From: Harriotta raleighana
Taxonomy: Eukaryota
Length of the DNA: 64,000 nucleotides
Reading direction: 5' to 3'
Assembly: GCA_050575255.1 (NCBI GenBank)
Contig: JBNZDD010013730.1
Span: 6,965,498-7,029,497 of the forward strand
Below, piece after piece: positions 1 through 11,600 of the stretch (its first letter is position 1; every line of letters starts with the position of its first letter). The notes beneath the pieces were generated by a model, which saw nothing but the letters and a program-made list of their open reading frames with translations, had not been told where the DNA came from and made no database searches. A program made the position numbers and the translations under genes.

Positions 1-284
1 ATTCTTTTTTATCTCAACTACATACAGTAGAAATGTACTGTCTATTGCAAAGATTTAACAAACTAAAGATTGATTGACTGTCTCGTACAGTAATTCAATG
101 TGACAGGGTATCAGTATTGGCATTTAATTAAATAGATTAATGATGTCAGGACTGGTGTTTAACCACGAGTCATAGATGACAATTATTTTGTAAAAACATC
201 CCTAGCTATATGTTACGTACTCTTAAATTAATAGTCAGAAATAGACAAATGGGAATCAGTTTTCTTTGATTGTTCGTTATTATA

Positions 285-495
285 GGGACCAGGTGGCTCA
301 GTTGGTAGCATTCTCGCCTCTGAATACTTTCCCTGAGTAGGCGGATACTTGAATGCAGTGCTATGGTGCATTGTAGGAGGTGCAGTCCTTCAGATGAGAC
401 ATTAAAGGGAGGTCCTTTCTGCATGTTCAGATGCAGGTAGACCTTAAAGAGCCCCCAGCACCATGGGATGTCCTCACAAAATGAAAGACAGGAAT
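285..495 (+). mobile_element. Degenerate tRNA-derived DeuSINE (SacSINE1-like) fragment
   Basis: A-box-like ggtggctcagttggtagcattctcgcctctga, then ggaggtgcagtccttcagatgagacattaaa (Deu-like central motif) and an L2-type tail remnant. Confidence 0.6.
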
Positions 496-679
496 ATACT
501 TGACATCAAACCATCCCCATACAATTTCCTTAATTGCACTTTATATTTATTCATTTTCTCTCCCCATTTTAGTCATGTGAGCAGTTATCAATACAAACTG
601 TTAATCTGAACATTTGATGTTAGAAGATATAGGGGTGGGGGGGGATTTGTGACAATTATCAACAGATGGAGAACAGATT

Positions 680-945
680 AAAACAGTCGTTTTTTTTCCT
701 GTTCTCCTTCCCCCTACCTCGACCCCTCCCCTTGCCATCTTTCCCCCCTTTCTCCCCTAACCCCACTTCCATGACTCTTTGTGCGCAATTTGGCTGCCGC
801 ATTTCGCCCACAAATATACAGTCAATTTTTCCTCCTTTCCTTCCCCCGACCCCTCCCCCCATGCTCTGATCCTTACTTGACTGTACAGCTCCTTGGGATG
901 TCCTCCCAACGTGAAAGGCGCTATATAAATGTAATTTTGATTGAG
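680..945 (+). mobile_element. SINE-like element: pyrimidine-rich segments plus Deu-like 3' motif plus L2 tail
   Basis: Closely similar to 45713-46000; ends ccttgggatgtcctcccaacgtgaaaggcgctatataaatgtaattttg. Confidence 0.75.
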
Positions 946-2323
946 ATGATATTTGATTCAGATAATATTGTTTAGTGCAACACTTTGTAAAGCAGATGTG
1001 TTTTACTTTATTCGAAGCTCATACGCTGAACAAATTAAACTTTTTGAGGTCTTCACATTAGAAGTCGAAGCTTCCTACCACTAAGGAATTGGCCAATTGT
1101 TAAGCAACAATATTTAATACTTTTATAACTCCATATTATACATCAACTTACAAAGAGAAAAGTGACTGTTAAATTAAGTCTGTACGGTTGAATTAAACAC
1201 CCTAGTTTCCACTGATGAGCATTAGGGATCAGTAAAGAGATTGAAATCTTCAGCTATCACTCAAGGAATATGGATCAAGGAATATGGATCAATGGGATCA
1301 GCAAGCCATCAGACTGCTGAAAACAACTCAAGGCTGAAATGTCCCATTTGAACCATCATAGTCAAGGACCAGAAAGAAATCCAATTCACAATGAATAGTT
1401 ACTACTAGTGGAAGCGTACATTTCTCTTTTACAGGTCAATATATGTTTACATGCACAACTCAATTTCCTTACATATTTTGGCACAATTCAGCTGATTTTT
1501 CCTCTGCAAAACCAATTCTTAGCCAACGTTGGAGCATATCTGTTTTGTTTAGCGAATACGAAGCGCAATTTGAAGAAATGTTGGTGTCAAATTATACATG
1601 AATGCCATTTCATGGATCTGTACAAAGAATGTCAGAAACTCGAACATTATAAACATATTTTTTCAGTGAAGGAAATATGGCATTCATGGACATCAGAATT
1701 TTAATATGGATTGACTATAGAGTACTTCCTCCAATTATTATTCAGCACTCTCCCCTTACATATAAAGTTGTCTTGACAGGTTATTTATTTTCAGCTGTGT
1801 TCCTGAAGAAATGGGTCAATTTTGAAATTGAAGGGGTCAGATTGAGCTCGCATTTTGCATTGTTGCAAGTGTTTTTTTTAAAATAACATGCAAATAGCAC
1901 TTGCCAGAATTAATCGTACAAGTGCAGAGGTCAGTTTTGTGCTGCAACACTTATTAACTTCCAGTTGACAAGCAAATCAGTGCAGAGCAGCAGGTCCCCT
2001 TGTGACGGCTGCTGCCAGAGTTACTACGAAAGACTCAGTAAATCGGTCCAACCTGCAGTCCACCCTTCACTCTGTCCCTCAGCAGTAAATACAGTCTTTA
2101 TTGCATGTTTCTTTAAGACCAAAGATTTCATTTATTAAATCTTCAAATTATTAATGGTGCAAACAATTCTATGTAACAATAATTATAATCTTGCAACACT
2201 TTATGAACATTTCTGGAACCCTAAATTTCCAATCCTGGAAAGACCCAATTTTTAATATATTTGAAACCATATTGCAAACCCAGAATTTCTTGAGGCTTCC
2301 AGTTAACTCATTTGGGGGTTAAC

Positions 2324-2500
2324 ATTTCCTAACAATTGAATTAAGGGGTGACATTTGTAGTGTTTCATGTAGCAATACCTGTGATGATTAACGAATGGGT
2401 TATGAAATTTGCAACAATTTATAACACATTCTTTAATCATCATAAGTATTGCTATATGAAACACTACAAATTTCACTGATTAATTTAATTGTAAGCGGAA
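2324..2500. repeat. Long imperfect palindrome (hairpin/MITE-like)
   Basis: Left arm atttgtagtgtttcatgtagcaatacctgtgatgattaacgaatgggttatgaaatt (from 2353) is the near reverse complement of the right arm ending gaaacactacaaat (2471); weaker pairing extends further out. Confidence 0.85.
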
Positions 2501-5500
2501 AAAAGTGGCTTTTTAAAATCATATGAATTCTCTGTTCATTATTTCACTTTTTCACCATGTGAGCTAATTACAGATACGCCATGGCTGATAGCTCTGTATT
2601 TTCACGCCACAAATGTTTTAATTTCAATTTAATTGGGGCACACAACCCCACCACTAAAAGTACTTTCCGTCTTGTAATCTGGATTAATGCTAATCTACAT
2701 CCAGCGTTAATTCCCTCAAATTAGAAGTTTTAAAGATAGTCTAATCAGATCTTAATATCAACAGTATGTACTAACTTTCACAATCACTCTTAGATTACAT
2801 TTACGATGTGTCACATCAAACCTTGTGATTTAACAGTGATGTAGATAGATTCTGTGAATGGTTATTGATTCCAGGAAAGACTTCAAGCAAATCTTGTGAT
2901 GTGAATCTGTTTTGGAACTATACAATTGTGTGTTCTTAGTTAAAAAGCTTAATTGAGAATAATTTTAAATAATAATACAGTACTTGCATTTAACGTAGCA
3001 CGTTATGTGGAAACGTCTCAAAGCTTTCAGTTTTCCTGTGAAGTGTAGTGACTTGGCATGTCCTTGGGAAGTGTAGTGCCTTAGGACGTTCTTCTGACGT
3101 GAAAGACGCTCTATAAATGTAATATTGTTGTTGGCTATCATCAAATGAAACAGTCACTTGGGTATATTACACATGGATGTAAGTTTTGCAACTGTGAATC
3201 TATACACAATGAGTTTACAAGCTCATCTTAATTTCTGTGCGTTTCACAGAAAGGTGGCTGGCATTCAGGTCAAGTTTTCTATGTTAGCAAACAGATTTCA
3301 GCAAAATAAATTAACTCCAAACCCCTGCAAACATTAATCTCTTGTGTACAGAATCAGTGACGTCCTCTCCTTCTCCATTCCCTACATGTTTCTAGTGGAG
3401 GTGGCCATTGAGACCACAGATGTGAAACCTAAAGAAAAAGTAAAGCTTGAAACCAATATAAAATAACAAAAATTACAGTCACTTATCTTTGTGCATAACA
3501 TTTCTATCAATAATAATGAGTAATTACTGTGAATTTCTCAGAGTAATTCAGTTGGCTAAAGATTCTTTACAAAGTTGTCAGACTGTTTTCAGTGATTCTG
3601 AATTGGTGTGAAGTGTGTCCTGAGGTTTTTTTTTAAACTTGTCTGAGTAAAAGTTTGATTGTAATAAATGCTAAACACAGAAGGATGCAAGCAATGTGCA
3701 TTCATGATTAGTTACTGCTAGGGGTAGAATTCAAACGAAGATGACAGTTAACAAGTCAAATATTTTTGTTGCTCACACAGCAAACTTATGTTTTTGAGAT
3801 TTCTCTTTGTGGCATGTCCTTTGTGTTCTGCTGAGAAAAGGGATGGGGGATGACTGTAGCCTGTGGACATTTTCTAGTTATTATCAACCTGAAATGAATG
3901 TTTAAGCACTGTGTGTATTGGAATTAATAAAACAAGTGTAATAGTCATTTGAACACGCTCCCATTATCCATATTTATCTTCCTTCATTTGCATCTACCTT
4001 TGTGGAATACTTCCTGATCTCATAAAAGAGATTCATTAGATGACAGATATATCGGGTTTAATTTTACAGTCACAAATGCAACATTTACAGTCATCAGAGC
4101 AGTACAATTTTGCTTCCTTTCCTGCTGTGACCCCCAACAAAACTCAATTACACATCGGGCAATTTCTCCAGTGTCCGTTATTCTCCTGTGGTTCCATTCT
4201 TAAAGACTCAGAACCTGAACGTTTAAGACTTACGACCAGTCTGTGCAGAATGGTAGTACTCTATTTAAGTCAAGTTCTACTTCATCGGAGATGTACTGTA
4301 GATGTCTCATATTGAAAAATTACCCATTTATCACTGTACAACCCACACCATCAGGATTTGCTTTTCCATGTGGTTAAGACAGCATTATGTGTTGGACATT
4401 CGTGTGCTAAAACCATTTATGGCAATTCATAATCTAATCAGAGCTTTCCAACCACTCCAAGGCAGCTCTATAGATGGTACAATAATCCTCAGAACTCCTC
4501 AGCTGAATTGGTATCAGCTTCGACTTTCCTGAAGTTTAATTGATACTTACTTTCTAATTTTACACATCACAACATTTCACAAGAGATATTTGGATGACGA
4601 AGGCCATTGGTTCATTTTCTTCCAGAAAACACATCCATCACAGCATCAGGTTGTGTTTCATTGATAAATAGTCAAGGGTTCTGTTGTGTGAAGCACTTTT
4701 GAGATGTCTCGAAGACATGATAAGGCGCTGTATGACATGCAAAGATTACTATCATTATCATCACTATCATCGACTCTTCCAGTCAACAATTAGAACAACA
4801 TTTATGTTTATATTGCACCATTAATGCAAAATAACATTGTGGCCTGAGCCTCTGGGAAAATAAATACTTCCAGTATCTGACCTGAAGGTCCCCTTGTTTC
4901 AAGGAGTTTCATTGCTCGATTGCATTTAAAATCTTATATACCCCTGGAACAGTATCAAATTAAAGCAGTACTGATTGTCGCAGTGTAACTGAGGTGGAAA
5001 TAATTTAATAATAATACATAATAATTTAATGATAGAAGGTGCCGGTGTGTGGGCAGGAGATGAGCTTCTTTAGCATCCCCTTTTTACTTGTGTTTCACAT
5101 TGAAAACAGAAAGGTACAGATTATAAATGCACCTCCACGATGGTTAGGATAATTGAGATAATCACTTTGAGGTAACTGAACTCCAAATTATGTTGCACCC
5201 TTGGCGATAGACACAGTGATGGTGCCTCAGTTTTTATCTGCAAGACTACATATCATTGCTTCATACACACACAACTGATGGGAACTTACCACTTAATTAG
5301 AAGCTTCAAAGAAAATGTAGCATAAATCTATTTTACTTCATAATAGCTCAGATTTTCAAATCAAATTTTAATATCCAAGGAAAGATTTTAAATTAAATTA
5401 TGATTTTAAATGTGTTATGTGCTCTCTTAATGCAGAACAGATCTGGTCTTCTCATTACATGTTATAAATTACAACAGCGATTTATAAGTGTTCAGAATTT

Positions 5501-7502
5501 TAAACTAGCTGCTCGCCTATAATTCTCACACAGCTTGAAGGTTTTATGTCCCTTTTATTCTGCTGGAATAATTTTAAAATGCTTTCCCTAGTACAGCAAG
5601 TTGGTCAGTGACCGAATGAGGATCAATTCTTTTTAAGCTTATTAAAGAGCCAGGATTGCTCCCGTGAACTGATATTGAAAGGTTTAAAGAATGAACTTCT
5701 CAAAAGTTGGTGTGGAATTTGTTGTAGTAAAACTTGATCGCAGCTGCAATCTGGAGGGTTCCGAATGAAATTCATGTCGTTAAAGATAGATTCCTATTGC
5801 TTTTAACCCAAAGCATATCAAATCAACAGTAACCATAAACCACAAAGGGAGGAATGATGCCGGGCTGAACTGAATATAGATTAGTGAGGTTAGTGATTGA
5901 TGTAGAATTTTGAGACATCATGCTCAGGTATTCTACATCACAACACAATATTGTGTAATGATAACCAACATTCCTCTCCCCTATTATCCATTCTATAAGG
6001 TGTCCACTTCCTAGTCTGGTTCTGCTCTGAACATAGGATCCAGAAATTGGGGAAGAACAATTCTCATTACAACTCTCATTACAAATTCCAGTGCAATTTC
6101 AGATTACCAATTATCATCATAATTTCATCCACTTGTTCTGTTAAGTACTTCCTCCTGAGAGTTAAAAATTCAGAGTGAGACCAAATCATGGCAATGATCT
6201 CATCTCCATGGTTCTTAGAACACAATTGGAATTGTCTTACCACAAATTATTCTTGAAGTACGATCCTTAACAGTGTCTAAAAAAAGGAATCAGGTGAGTC
6301 CTTGAGGAAATATAATATTGAAGGGCATGTGAAAAGCGCTGGGGAATGGGCCCTGAGGGACTGCTCAAATAGGGAACTAATGCTAGAAACACCTCTACTG
6401 TGATAATAATCTTTGCATTTAATATAGTGCTTAATCGTGTCTTCTAGTTTTCTCAAGGGCTGAACAGAATATATGTTTTGTGGGCAACACTCAGCAGCCA
6501 ATTGCGCACAGCAGTGTTATTTTAAATGTGCTTTATTTTTTGAAGGGATTTCAACCGTTGTATCATTCCACTGTTTTCATTTTCATCACTTATATATATA
6601 TACAAAAAAAAACTTTTAGGATTACTGAAACATTTTTGTATCAAAATAAGAAATTTCTCCCTCCAGCTGTGTTCAATGAATCCTGTATGTATTTGTTTGT
6701 GTGCTAAGTGATTAGAGTTATATGAGAAGCAAAGTGTACAAACAAAATGGCTATATCTCAGAAGCTTTCCTGTTATGTGTATCCTACTGGATGCCTTTCC
6801 TCTAATCTTAACTACATTGGCAAAGTGTTCTGTGTTCTTACATTTAAATGTACAGACACTCAATTAGTAATCGATCGTTTGTGATCGAATACTTGAAAAT
6901 ATTCAGAAAACTTGACTCATTGCAAAGATTACGATCAACTGTGTGAAGAATTCAATTCCCCTCCACCTCCCTTTTTCCAACCAAACTCAGTTCTGCTTGG
7001 GAGGCTTTTTGAGAAGGTCAGAGACACCTCTCCAACTCTTATGTCAGGAGGTAGATTTTGTGCAAGTCGAAGTGAGCAGAGAGCCAATTTACCCCCTACA
7101 GTGTCAATAACATATCTGAAACTGAGCAATCTCATCACATAAACTGTATATTTGCATGGGTCACTACACCAATGTTATTATATTCTTATAAAAAAAGCCT
7201 CTCTCTTTCACAATGCCAAAGAGACCTGCTGTACATTTTTATTTCATTGTAATCCTACAGGCATGAAGCATATATCTTATACAAACATTATAAATAATAG
7301 TCATCAGCCAAACAGATCTCAGCCTTTCCTATAGATGATAGCCTACTTGTTTTGCTATCAATTGTGCACCTATACATGAAGCCGAAGTAAGAACATGCTT
7401 GTGAAATTCTGACAACTAATAGGGTCTCTGAAGAAAATTCTTTAGTGAGGCAGCTGATGCCAGTGAGATGTGTCAGTCAGTGGAAGAGGCACTTCTTAGC
7501 TA

Positions 7503-7690
7503 TTAATAATAATAGCAATCCTTGCATTTGATATATCGCCTCATCATTTCTTTGAGATGTCTCAAAGCGCTTCACAGAATATACTGTAAAGTGAATTGAC
7601 TGGGAATTTTGTGGGAGATATGCAGCATCTAATTGTGCACAGCAGTGCTCCACAAACAGTTGTGAATTGAGTGACCAATTTATGATTACA
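7503..7690 (-). mobile_element. 3' half of the tRNA-derived SINE family
   Basis: Reverse complement of gctgtgcacaatt...attcactttacagtatattctgtgaagcgctttgagacatct...atatcaaatgcaaggatt plus (att)n tail. Confidence 0.8.
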
Positions 7691-8598
7691 AGTATTATTA
7701 TTTTCAGAATTATTATCCCCGGAAAAGCGTATCCTTCAGGCGAGGTCACGATCACAGTCAGGCCGTAAGGAATGAAACAAAGCACATGTTGTACAGATCT
7801 CCAAAGAAATGGAGGGGAATCTCATTGGGCTTATCAGATCAGGAATCTGAGATCTGGTGCACAGTGGGGAGAAAATAATTTTAAAAGTGCGAAAAAAAAC
7901 AAAAATCCCCAATGCAAAAAAAATTCCAGAACAAAAGCAACACCTTTTACATATTTTGTAACTTCTTCCATGAACTATTGTAGAAGTTAACATTGAGATT
8001 CCAGGCTATTATATTGTCTGTTAATCGGTCCATTGAAAGCAAGGAAGGAGAAACAGAGTTTTAAACGAGATAGAGATACTGTATTTGCATCTTGGAAGAT
8101 TATGATTTGAAATGTTTCCAGTATCTAATTTTTCATTATAGATTTATTTTCACAAGCTCTCTGGGATGCTATCTATCTCCGCACTTCAAAGCTCATTGCC
8201 TTCCAAGGAAGATTTGGTTTTCAAGGAAGATTTGGATGCTGCAGCACTCACATTCCATCATAAAAAAAGGTTTCAATAGTAAAGAGTCAAGAGCACATTT
8301 ACATTTCAATTTCATATCTGGATGTTACAGCTAAAATTTAGAGAAAGATATTTGTGAAAGATTTCAACCCTCAAGGTCTGTTATGGGTTAATATCAACCT
8401 TTCAATGTGTGAATCTATTTATCCCCACTATTGAGAATGATTGATTATAACTCACTCAGTTATCCTCTTCTAGAATTCTCCATGATATCTCACCTTTCCA
8501 CTTTATATCGAATTGTGCATCTGCTCACGTTCACACCCATGCTGGGTAACATTCCCTTTTGATGCATAATAATGAATACATGTTCTACTTTCTCATAG

Positions 8599-8647
8599 GT
8601 GAGCCACGTAAGTTTGATGCAACATTCAAGGGGCCGATTCACAACAG
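8599..8647 (+). CDS. SLC44A5: SLC44A5 coding exon (G)[15 protein letters not shown](R)
   Basis: ttctcatag| ... AACAG|gtaagt; 49 nt, phase 1 to 2. Confidence 0.93.
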
Positions 8648-11600
8648 GTAAGTGAGCTACTTCCCTCTAGTTAGATTGTCCAGCATTTAAATGCACATGA
8701 CACAATTTGCAATAAAACCTGTACTAACTTCCGTTATTACACTGATTGGCTGGAAAGTTGAGTGAACATAAACTGATGTCATTGAGATACGAAAGGAATC
8801 ATTAGAAGTCTGTCTCTGTATCCAAGTTTATATTTATGCATGTGTATCTTTTTTGCAGACTGACAATATCACAGTCAAGTAATTGGACATACAGTTGAAG
8901 GACTTCTGCGTTTGCCTTTGCTAGTTTCATGCACACAGTGAAAATCTGATGGTGTGTGGTTGAAGGCTGTAATGCCTGTTTATTGAAGCCTGCAGTTGGC
9001 TGAAGCATTTAATGTCAGTTAGGGAATCTTTGAGTGCTAGAAGCAGACAAGCTTGACACATCCATCAAAGAAAGCTCTGAATGATGGTCAGATGAATGCT
9101 GAACTGTCTTGTCAGTGTAACCTTCTTTGAGGATTGGCCAAAAAAATCCTTTAGAGAAATTCTGGAATGTCAGTAACTTTACATGTGGGTTTACTGATAT
9201 GTTTGTGTCTGAGTTTCATTATAGAACTAACATTGCCTGACAATATTGCCAGTAGAACTCAGCAAAAACAACAACTTGCATTTATAGAGACGATAACGTC
9301 TGAATGCTTCACTATGGCAGGGGGTGGAGCTGAGCAGGAGGAAGGGGAGAGGAAAAAGGGAGGAAGGTGATCAAAGGCATTGTTGAAGAGGTAGGTTTTG
9401 AGGTAGGATTTGGAGACCGATGAGAGGGGGTGAGATGGAGGTTAAAGGGAATTAAGGGTGTAACATTAGACCAGCAAAGTGGGGTGGGCGGTTTTTGGAG
9501 ACCGGGATGGTGGAGAGGTGTAGGGTTCCCTGTTGATGAAACTGGCAACAGTGTAATCTAGTGTAAATTACATCAAGCAAATAATATTGCATAAATCTTA
9601 CTTTCACATTGTGATTTATAGAATAAAATATTGCATTTTTCCAATCCAAATTATAAATCCCCCCAGTCTCTTAAAGGCATTTACAGGCAAATAGTTAAAA
9701 TTTACTTTACACAGCAATGAGTGCTGTGACAATCTCCTTGTGTTTGCCAAAGATAGCAGAGATCAGACATCCCTAAAGGCCTTGGTGACTGGCAGCAAGC
9801 CGACTGGGTTTAATGCCTTGCCTCTCCAATCGAATCAGAATTCTTTCTCTGCTGTTTTTTCTGTCACCTTGTCACTACCAACTCTTAATTAAAATTGCAA
9901 TGAAAAGACAAAAAAAAACAGTATTTGCATAGAAAAAAATGTTTGCCAAATCATGCATACTATTAGAATTGTAGATCAGTCTTCCTAGAAGACTTGTATA
10001 CATTAAAATGTCTGATAGCAATGTGAGAATCAGGGCCATGGAATATAAAGTTCCACAGCCAGCGGGAAAACAAATCAATATTTTTTAATGTCCCACTGAC
10101 AATAAGGAAGAAGACCAGAGAACAGGTGGAGTATTCCATGACCTTCTTATGAGTGGTGGCAAATAGGAGGATGATTTATAATTTATAATACAATACTTAT
10201 TATAAAGAATATTCGAATTTGTGTTCTTAACCCTACCCATTAGCTTCAAGTAATTGCTAGTAAAAACATTTATGTTGCTCTATTGATGCTTTGCACACTG
10301 TTGGCATGTTGGGAACTCAGTTTTATAATCTGATGCCCCGACATTCTTACATTCCTGTTCCACTTTCATCATTAATTGCTTCAATTCAATTTAACTATAG
10401 TGAGTAGAAAACACTTTGTTATGTAATACATGCCAGGAGTTAGCTCATGCCAGCTGGTTCTGCGCCAATAACTGTAGTTAATGGTGAAGCAGTTGAGGTA
10501 TAACGGCAGGTTGAATTACCACAACACCCATGCCAACAAGTAGCTTTGAACTATTTCACAGAATCCCCTTGATCTCAGGTATACAATTAAAGGGAGGCTA
10601 TTCAGCACCTCCACTGAGCTTCTCTCTGCCTCTTTGTGAGAATGTGATTGGTCAATTACTTATTCTTATTACAGTAAAGCTGCATTAAAGCAGGGGGGAT
10701 AGTTTGGGGAGTCAATAAAATCCTAACCCGCCTTATAACATTGTAAAGTCTTTGTGAGGGATCACCTGAATGTTTTTTCTCGTCGTTTCTCATATTCTCG
10801 GATCTAAAATGAGATTTCTGATGAAAGCAAGAGATAAATCTTTTTAAAAAGTCACTTTTCACTACAGCCCCTTTTTTTTCTTCATTTTAATGAAAAATGA
10901 CTGATTAGAAAAAGCTGTAGAATGTCTCTTGTCTTGCCAAATAATTAAAACGACTACTTATTCAGTTTGTGCTTGCTTTTCTCCAAATTAAATAATTTAA
11001 TTAAACAATTATTTTATAAAAGAAAGGGATAGCATAATTCTACAGGCAAAATGCCATCTGCATAAAAGATCTTTGTCAGTTCAGGGTCCCAATACTGCCT
11101 CCTGAAAGGTGCTTTATGAATGTAATTTTGTTGTTGTTGAATACATCAGGGGTATTGAGAATTATTTGCATCAAAGATTCCCAGCGGAAAATACCAACAG
11201 CATTAACCACAGACGATGTGCAGCTCAAGTCTTATTAACATATTGCCTCATTAAATGTACCTTATTGAAAAATATGCTTTTGGCTAATCAAACAAAATGC
11301 ATTGTTTAGATCAATTCAAATAAAACCCTTTTTTTCCCAAAGACTAAGAAGTTTTTGCATTAGAAACTTCATAGAAATTGTCAAGCCTTCAATGGGGTTA
11401 CACAAATTCCAAATTTCTGTTCTTTCTCATGATATTTCCTTGGAACACCTAGCTCCTTAGAGTCTAAAGAGAAACAATCATACAGGTGCCGAGTTCATCA
11501 TTGGTGGGCGGTGGTGGGTGGGGGGAAGGAAAAGCTTGTTCAGACTGTCCATTCCTCATAGCTATCCAGTCACTCTTCCTGGTATATGATTTACGAGACT

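Noticed and set aside
1261-1292. Short tandem duplications (tcaaggaatatgga x2; similar at about 8204, 20861 and 25893) and small hairpins (5898-5940, 14735-14817)
   Set aside because: Ordinary slippage products or short AT-rich inverted repeats with no evidence of function.
3396-3439. Candidate upstream SLC44A5 exon (strong pyrimidine tract, reads EVAIETTDVKPKEK, donor gtaaag)
   Set aside because: It is 44 nt and ends in phase 0, whereas the 8599 exon needs phase 1. It would fit only with a 1-nt error in the A run, and it has no homology support.
6274-6293. Candidate micro-exon before a strong cag|gtgagt donor
   Set aside because: In-frame TAA in the required phase and a weak acceptor; it would need an extra A in the homopolymer.
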